Of a stretch of DNA of 64,000 nt, positions 57,979 through 64,000 are shown piece after piece; the first letter of the stretch is position 1; every line of letters begins with the position of its first letter. Source of the DNA: Ascoidea asiatica JCM 7603 (taxonomy: Eukaryota; Fungi; Ascomycota). The DNA is taken from the NCBI GenBank assembly GCA_001600695.1, contig BCKQ01000004.1, positions 541,583 to 605,582 of the forward strand, written 5' to 3'. The notes under the pieces were generated by a model. The model worked only from the letters and a program-made list of their open reading frames with translations. It had not been told where the DNA came from and searched no databases. Both the position numbers and the translations under genes were made by a program.

Positions 57979-59403
57979 TTAAACATCTTTTATACCTACT
58001 TTTGATTCAACTTTTTTAAGTTCAACATCATTTGATACACTAGTTCCATTATAATAATTTACACTAACACCAGAACCAGAACCAATAATATCATCATAAT
58101 TTTCAGCTAATTCAAATACATCCATACCCATAATTTCACCATCTTCAGTAGCTCTCATTTTTAAGCCAGGAATTTTGTCAATTATAAAACATAAAGCATA
58201 TGTCATAATAAAACACCAAAGACAAATTGCACAAACTGAAGCTAATTGATAACCCATTTGAATCCAATGATGCCAAATCCAACCACCTTTAATTTCAGTT
58301 ACACCATCTAAACCTGCCATTGTAGGAGATGCAAAAACTCCTAATAATATTGCACCAACAATACCACCAATACCATGTAAATTAAATGAATAAGTTGTAT
58401 CATCAATACCTAACCATTCATTTATACCATAAGTTGATCTACAAACTATTGAAGTTACAATACCAAAAATAGCTGCAGCCCAAGTTGTTATATAACCACA
58501 AGAAGGAGTTATAGCTACAAGACCTGCAATTGCACCATCACAAGCAGCAAATAAAGACCATTTACCAGTTAATAAATAATCCATTACAGTAAATGTAAAA
58601 CATGCAAAACATGCACAAATTTGAGTATTTGCCATAATATAACAAGTTCTTAAATTTACAGTTAATAAAGTACCAGAATTAAAACATAACCAAGTCATCC
58701 AAATAAAAGAAACACCAATCATTGTTAAAGTTGGAGAATGACCTCTAATTTCAGGAATTTTATTTGAATCTTTCCATTGTTTTCTTTTACCTAAAAATAA
58801 AGAAAATGATAAAGCACTTACACCACCAGAAATATGAACAGGGCCACCACCAGCAAAATCTAAAGCACCTAATTTATATAACCAACCATTTGAAGCCCAA
58901 ACCCAATAAGCTTGAGGAGAATAAACTAAAGTACACCAAAAAAATGCTAAGACTAAAGATGGTAATAATCTACCTCTTTCTGCAATACTACCAATAAAAA
59001 TTTGTACAGTACAAACAGCAAAAAAACTTGAAAATAAAAAATAAAGAATTGAAGGTATTGTACCACCTTCAGTTAATGGACCCATACCAACATTTGATAA
59101 AGCACCAAAATTGAAATTTCCAAATACAGAAGAATTTGAATTTGAACAAGCAAGTGAATAACCAAATAAATACCATTGAATTGTAATAATTGCAGTAATT
59201 AAATAAGTTTGTAATAATATTGATAAATGAGATTTTTTTTTAATCATACCACCATAAAACATTCCAATACCTGGAGTTATAATAAAAATTGCAACTGAAC
59301 AAAATAATATATAAGCCATATCAACAGATAAAAAAGTTGATTCAATTTCTGGAACATCTCTCTTTTTGAGTAGATTTCCAGATACTGAAGTCATAGCATT
59401 CAT
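57979..59403 (-). CDS. Ammonium transporter of the Amt/MEP family, divergent subtype
   Basis: TPGIGMFYGG, AERGR, ALDFAGGGPVH, GLVAITPSCG and second pore His in LHGIGG. Confidence 0.93.
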   Translation of the reverse strand: MNAMTSVSGNLLKKRDVPEIESTFLSVDMAYILFCSVAIFIITPGIGMFYGGMIKKKSHLSILLQTYLITAIITIQWYLFGYSLACSNSNSSVFGNFNFGALSNVGMGPLTEGGTIPSILYFLFSSFFAVCTVQIFIGSIAERGRLLPSLVLAFFWCTLVYSPQAYWVWASNGWLYKLGALDFAGGGPVHISGGVSALSFSLFLGKRKQWKDSNKIPEIRGHSPTLTMIGVSFIWMTWLCFNSGTLLTVNLRTCYIMANTQICACFACFTFTVMDYLLTGKWSLFAACDGAIAGLVAITPSCGYITTWAAAIFGIVTSIVCRSTYGINEWLGIDDTTYSFNLHGIGGIVGAILLGVFASPTMAGLDGVTEIKGGWIWHHWIQMGYQLASVCAICLWCFIMTYALCFIIDKIPGLKMRATEDGEIMGMDVFELAENYDDIIGSGSGVSVNYYNGTSVSNDVELKKVESKVGIKDV

Positions 59404-59752
59404 TTTTTTTAATTAATTATTATAAGTAATTTAATTAATATAAGTTAGTGAATGAAAAAGTAAAAGATCAATAATAGCAATGCTATGCTATTTATTGCTT
59501 GAGATCTACAATTGAATTGAATTGAATTGAATTAATTCAAAAATAACTGAAAAAAAAAAAAACAAGAAATGAAATCAAAACAAAGAAAATTGAATTATTA
59601 AAAAGAAGAAAGAAATGAAATTATTTATACTGCATTTTCTGGATAGTAGTTGAGATAGAATTGAATTAGAATTAAAGTGAATAAGAAATAAAGAAGAAGT
59701 GAATAAGGTTTGAATACTTTTGATTGTGTAATAATAAATATTTTCCAAGAGA

Positions 59753-60505
59753 GATAAAGAAAGAGAGAGATAAAGATACAGACAGATAAAGAGAAATAGA
59801 GAAATAAAGTACTGAAAACCGATATTTCTTTAATTAAGGTGCTTTAAAGAGAGTGGTTTAAATAGAGTGGTACATGAAATAAAGGTTAAATCCTCAGGAG
59901 CCAATGAAAGCACTGCTCGGCTTGAACCAGACTTTGAACCAGACTTTATTTGCTTTGCTTCCTCTGCTGCTTTGACACCAGTAAATTTGAAATTACAAGA
60001 ATTTCCACCTGCAGGCTCAGCTGCCTGCTTTTTCATTTTCTGCTCGATATCAAAATTCAGGGTCTTTCACCTTGTTCACTGATAGCCCAAGGAAATGCGC
60101 CACTGCACCGTATGCTCTTAGGGCTCTAGTAAACAACGTGGCGCGGTATAGCTAGGAATAGAATTGGAAGTGCTTTGGCCACATGTCCTAGCATGTTTTA
60201 ACATACTCTTAGCTGGCATTGGCTCCTGCAGTGGAAATGCCAAGAGCACACAGCCACACAGCCGTGGCGAGTTCAAGCAATCCTGTGACTGATAAGCAAC
60301 TGGATTTTCTGTCTCCTGCAATCAAAATTCATTTTATTCTCAACGTCTTTTTATTTTCTTGGTCTGAAGAACTCAAAGCTTGGCACTTCGTATACACGCT
60401 CCTTTTTAGGAAAAACTATCCAGATGCTTCTTCTATAGCCAATGATATTAATTAAACATCACATGCTTGGCTTTTTTATCCCTGCTGGGATAGTTAACTG
60501 ATAAG
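59753..60505. promoter_or_regulatory. GATA site cluster upstream of the MEP gene
   Basis: GATAA at 59753, 59769 and 59785; ACTGATAAGCA twice (GATAAG at 60291 and 60500). Confidence 0.55.
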
Positions 60506-60847
60506 CAGTTAAAAAATTAGATGAAAGAAGACCCATAAAAGAGGTCTTCAACCTTAAATCCAAGTGTCTGCATAATCATGTTTTATGGAAGCATAAAGTC
60601 ACCTGACCTTTTTTTTTTTCAGTCACAAAATAGATTAATTTATTTTCAGATCTGACCCGTAGCACTGGTTTTATTTTATTTCAATTTTTTTTTTTTTTTT
60701 CTTGAATTGAAAGTTTTTGAAAAATAAACCAATTTTTCAATGAGAAATAATGATAAATTTTAATTCTTCAGAAGAAGTTTGAATTCATTGAACTATATAT
60801 AAAAGAAAAATCAGTAGTTTTTAGTTTTAATAATAAAATAGAATAAA

Positions 60848-63841
60848 ATGGTAAAATCTTATCCAAGATATGAACAAGAGAATTGTTTTGGCTTAATTAC
60901 TTCAAATAGTAATTCAATTTGGCAATCTTATAAAAATAAAAAATTAAAACCATTTGGAAAATTAATAACTTCAGGTTTAGAATATTTATTAATTTGGGAT
61001 ATTAAAACTGGTGAATTAATAACAAAATTATATGATGGTATAAATTTAGGTTCTTATGATTCTTCAAATTTAAAACCTCCTGCAGAAATAACTTATTTAC
61101 AATTAAATTCAAATAATAATATTATTGCTGTTGGTTATAATAATGGTGATATAAAAATTTGGGATTTAACTTCAAATACTGTTTTAATTAATTTTCAAGG
61201 TCATAAATCTGCAATAACATTATTAATATTCGATAAATCTGGTACAAGATTATGTTCAGGTTCAAAAGATACTAATATCATCATCTGGGATCTTGTAGCT
61301 GAAGAAGGTTTATTCAAATTAAGAAGTCATAAAGATCAAATCACTGGTCTTTCTTTCATCAATACTAATAATCAAAATAATCAAGATAATGATAATCAAG
61401 ATAATGATATTGATGATCAATTAGAAGATTACTTAATATCAACTTCAAAAGATGGTCTCATAAAATTATGGGATTTAAAAATTAAACAATGTATTGAAAC
61501 TCATATAGCTCATATAAATGAATGTACTTCTTTACAATTATTTAATTCATTCGCAATAACTTCTGGTAATGAAAATAATGAAAATACTTTAAAAATTTGG
61601 AATATAAATTTATCAAATGATCATTCAAATACCAATACAAATACTAATAACAATAATAATAATAATAACAAATTATCAATATCTGAAGATTTCAATTTAT
61701 TAAAAAAAAGTAATTCAAAAACTTTAAATATCTCATTTAAAAAAATTTCTGAAAATTTAATATTTTTTTTCATTCAAAATTCTGATAAAACTTTAGAAAT
61801 TTTTAGAATTCGTAATAATGATGAACTTGAAAAATTTATAAATAAAAAATTAAATAAATTAATTAAATTAAATAAAAATTTAACAAATGATGAAATTATT
61901 GAAAAAAAAAAATTAATTAAATTAGAAAATAAATTTATACCTGTAACTATAATTAGATCAATTTCAAAAATTAAATCTGCTTCTTGGTCAAATAATTCTT
62001 CTTCAACAAATCTTCAAATTTCTTTATCTTTAAATAATAATTCTATAGAATATTATCAAATTAATTTACCTGAAAAAATTTCTCAAATTTCTATAACTAA
62101 TATTAAAAATATTTTACCAAATAAAATTCATTATATTCATCTTCAAGGTCATAGAAATGATATAAGATCAATGGATTTAAGTAATGATAATAAATTATTA
62201 GCAACTGCTTCTGATGGTTTATTAAAAATTTGGAATATTAAAACTTTTAATTGTATAAGAACTTTTAATTGTGGTTATGCTTTATGTTGTAAAATTTTAC
62301 CAGGTGGTACTTTAGTTGTTTTAGGTACAAAATCTGGTGAAATTCAATTATTTGATTTAACAACTTCTGAATTAATTCATTCAATTCAAGCTCATAATGA
62401 TTCAATTTGGTCTTTAGATTTAACTTCAAATGGTAAAACTTTAATAACAGGTTCTGCAGATAAATCAATAAAATTTTGGGATTTTATTATTAAAAATGAA
62501 ATTATACCAGGTACTGAAAATTCAATACCAAAATTAAATTTAATTCATAATAAAGAATTACAATTAGATGATGATATTTTATCTTTGAAATTATCTCCTG
62601 ATAATAAATATTTAGCTGTTTCTTTATTAGATAATACAATCAAAGTATTTTTATTCGATACTCTTAAATTTTATTTAAGTTTATATGGTCATAAATTACC
62701 TGTATTATCAATAGATATTTCATTTGATTCAAAATTAATTATAACTTCATCTGCTGATAAAAATATTAAAATTTGGGGTTTAGATTTTGGTGATTGTCAT
62801 AAATCACTTTTTGCTCATCAAGATTCTATAATGTCTGTAAAATTTATTTCACATACTCATAATTTTTTTTCAGCTTCAAAAGATGGGTTTGTTAAATATT
62901 GGGATGGTGATAAATTTTCTTGTATTCAAAAATTTCCTGCTCATCAATCTGAAGTTTGGGCTTTAGCTGTTTCAAATGATGGAAGATTTGTTGTTTCAAC
63001 TTCTCATGATCATAGTATTAGAACTTGGCGTGAAACTGAAGATCAAGTATTTTTAGAAGAAGAAAAAGAAAAAGAAATTGATGAACAATATGAATCAACT
63101 TTATTAAATTCTTTACAAAATGATCAATCTGAAAAAATTCAAAATGATGATAATGATGATGAAAATCAAGATCAAGTTTCAAGAGTTGGAAAACAAACAA
63201 CTGAAACTTTAAAAGCTGGTGAAAAATTAATTGAAGCTTTACAAATTGGAATTAAAGATTTAAATGAACAAGAAGAATATATTAAACAATATAAAATTTG
63301 GAAGAAAAATAAACTTATTCAAAAACCAATAAAACCGGCTAGAAATACTTTATTAGTCGCTCTTGGAGATATTTCTGCTCCTGATTATGTTCTTTCAGTT
63401 ATTCAAAAAATTAAACCTGCTCAACTTGAAGATGCTTTATTGGTTTTACCCTTTTCTTTTTCAACAGATCTTTTGAAATTTATGGAAATATGGACTTCTC
63501 TTAGTCATGAAGGAATTGAGAAAAATGAAAATAAAAATTATTTAATCAATAATGTATCTCTTTTATGTAAAATATTGTTTTTTATTATAAGAAATAATCA
63601 TAATGAATTAGTAAGTCAAAAAAATGAAGGGCTTAAAAATCAATTAATCAATGTCAAAGACCAGCTAAGATTCTATCTTAATAAAAATTGTGATGAATTG
63701 GGTTTTAATATTCAAGGACTAAAATTCATTGTTCGAGAATGGGAGGCAAAACATAATACTGAATTCATAGATGAGTTTGAACAACAAAAATATGAAGAAA
63801 AAACATCAAAGAAAAGAGTTTTCAACACTGTTTCTGGCTAA
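60848..63841 (+). CDS. DIP2: SSU processome WD40 protein Dip2/Utp12
   Basis: MVKSYPRYE, WD repeats (GHKSAIT, LYGHKLPVLSIDISFDSKLIITSSADKNIKIWGLDFGDCHKSLFAH) and the Utp12 domain LEDALLVLPFS. Confidence 0.97.
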   Translation: MVKSYPRYEQENCFGLITSNSNSIWQSYKNKKLKPFGKLITSGLEYLLIWDIKTGELITKLYDGINLGSYDSSNLKPPAEITYLQLNSNNNIIAVGYNNGDIKIWDLTSNTVLINFQGHKSAITLLIFDKSGTRLCSGSKDTNIIIWDLVAEEGLFKLRSHKDQITGLSFINTNNQNNQDNDNQDNDIDDQLEDYLISTSKDGLIKLWDLKIKQCIETHIAHINECTSLQLFNSFAITSGNENNENTLKIWNINLSNDHSNTNTNTNNNNNNNNKLSISEDFNLLKKSNSKTLNISFKKISENLIFFFIQNSDKTLEIFRIRNNDELEKFINKKLNKLIKLNKNLTNDEIIEKKKLIKLENKFIPVTIIRSISKIKSASWSNNSSSTNLQISLSLNNNSIEYYQINLPEKISQISITNIKNILPNKIHYIHLQGHRNDIRSMDLSNDNKLLATASDGLLKIWNIKTFNCIRTFNCGYALCCKILPGGTLVVLGTKSGEIQLFDLTTSELIHSIQAHNDSIWSLDLTSNGKTLITGSADKSIKFWDFIIKNEIIPGTENSIPKLNLIHNKELQLDDDILSLKLSPDNKYLAVSLLDNTIKVFLFDTLKFYLSLYGHKLPVLSIDISFDSKLIITSSADKNIKIWGLDFGDCHKSLFAHQDSIMSVKFISHTHNFFSASKDGFVKYWDGDKFSCIQKFPAHQSEVWALAVSNDGRFVVSTSHDHSIRTWRETEDQVFLEEEKEKEIDEQYESTLLNSLQNDQSEKIQNDDNDDENQDQVSRVGKQTTETLKAGEKLIEALQIGIKDLNEQEEYIKQYKIWKKNKLIQKPIKPARNTLLVALGDISAPDYVLSVIQKIKPAQLEDALLVLPFSFSTDLLKFMEIWTSLSHEGIEKNENKNYLINNVSLLCKILFFIIRNNHNELVSQKNEGLKNQLINVKDQLRFYLNKNCDELGFNIQGLKFIVREWEAKHNTEFIDEFEQQKYEEKTSKKRVFNTVSG

Positions 63842-64000
63842 TTTGTAAAAAAATCATAATTATTGTGAAAAGTCACCACACTTTTATAGAAATGCATATA
63901 TTTTTTTTTTCAAAAATTCATTTATCTAGGCTTTATTTGTACATTTATTTTCAATTGAGTATATGTAGTGTATGTATGTATAAGAATAGAGAAATAATGG

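Noticed and set aside
13223-60455. Short ORFs in GC islands (13223, 23468, 26413-26879, 43068, 43436, 49467-49841, 59830-60455)
   Set aside because: They are stop-poor because of local GC content, their codon use is unlike real genes here, and they have no domains; promoter DNA explains them better.
1878-63200. Many short overlapping or antisense ORFs rich in I/L/Y/V (e.g. 1878, 9208, 17640-18683, 20495-21239, 34484, 42624, 47589)
   Set aside because: They are alternative-frame readings of AAT/CAA microsatellites within real genes.

Overview
This is an extremely AT-rich, gene-dense, intron-poor eukaryotic window, almost certainly from a budding yeast (Saccharomycotina). The Asn/AAT-expanded proteome and rare CUG codons suggest an Ascoidea-like species, which is an inference only. 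About 26 protein-coding genes are recognisable: YBL029W-like, RVS161, RFX1-like, SMF3, a PEX26-like tail-anchored protein, a VeA-like velvet protein, PEF1 (spliced), CAB2, RPS10 (spliced, absent from the ORF track), SAM37, CAT2, VPS71, UBP2, MSW1, RRN11, CCC2, ATP17, LSM6, GET3, MGR3-like, a Bar1-type ceramide synthase, a flavocytochrome b2-like protein, APC2, TSR2, a divergent MEP/Amt and DIP2/UTP12. There are also two or three decayed gene relics. Highlights: (1) a VeA-type velvet regulator, a family missing from S. cerevisiae and C. albicans; (2) a flavocytochrome b2 with no mitochondrial presequence but a C-terminal SKL peroxisomal signal, downstream of a 4x GATAAG array; (3) a Cu-ATPase whose near-invariant DKTGT motif reads DKTNT; (4) a candidate 52-nt non-consensus intron that would turn an APC2 uORF into an N-terminal exon; (5) a near-identical 27-bp composite bZIP element upstream of both SAM37 and GET3; (6) GC-rich promoter islands between very AT-rich CDSs. 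I saw no tRNA, rRNA, transposon or CRISPR. Gene calls rest on remembered family motifs, not on database searches.
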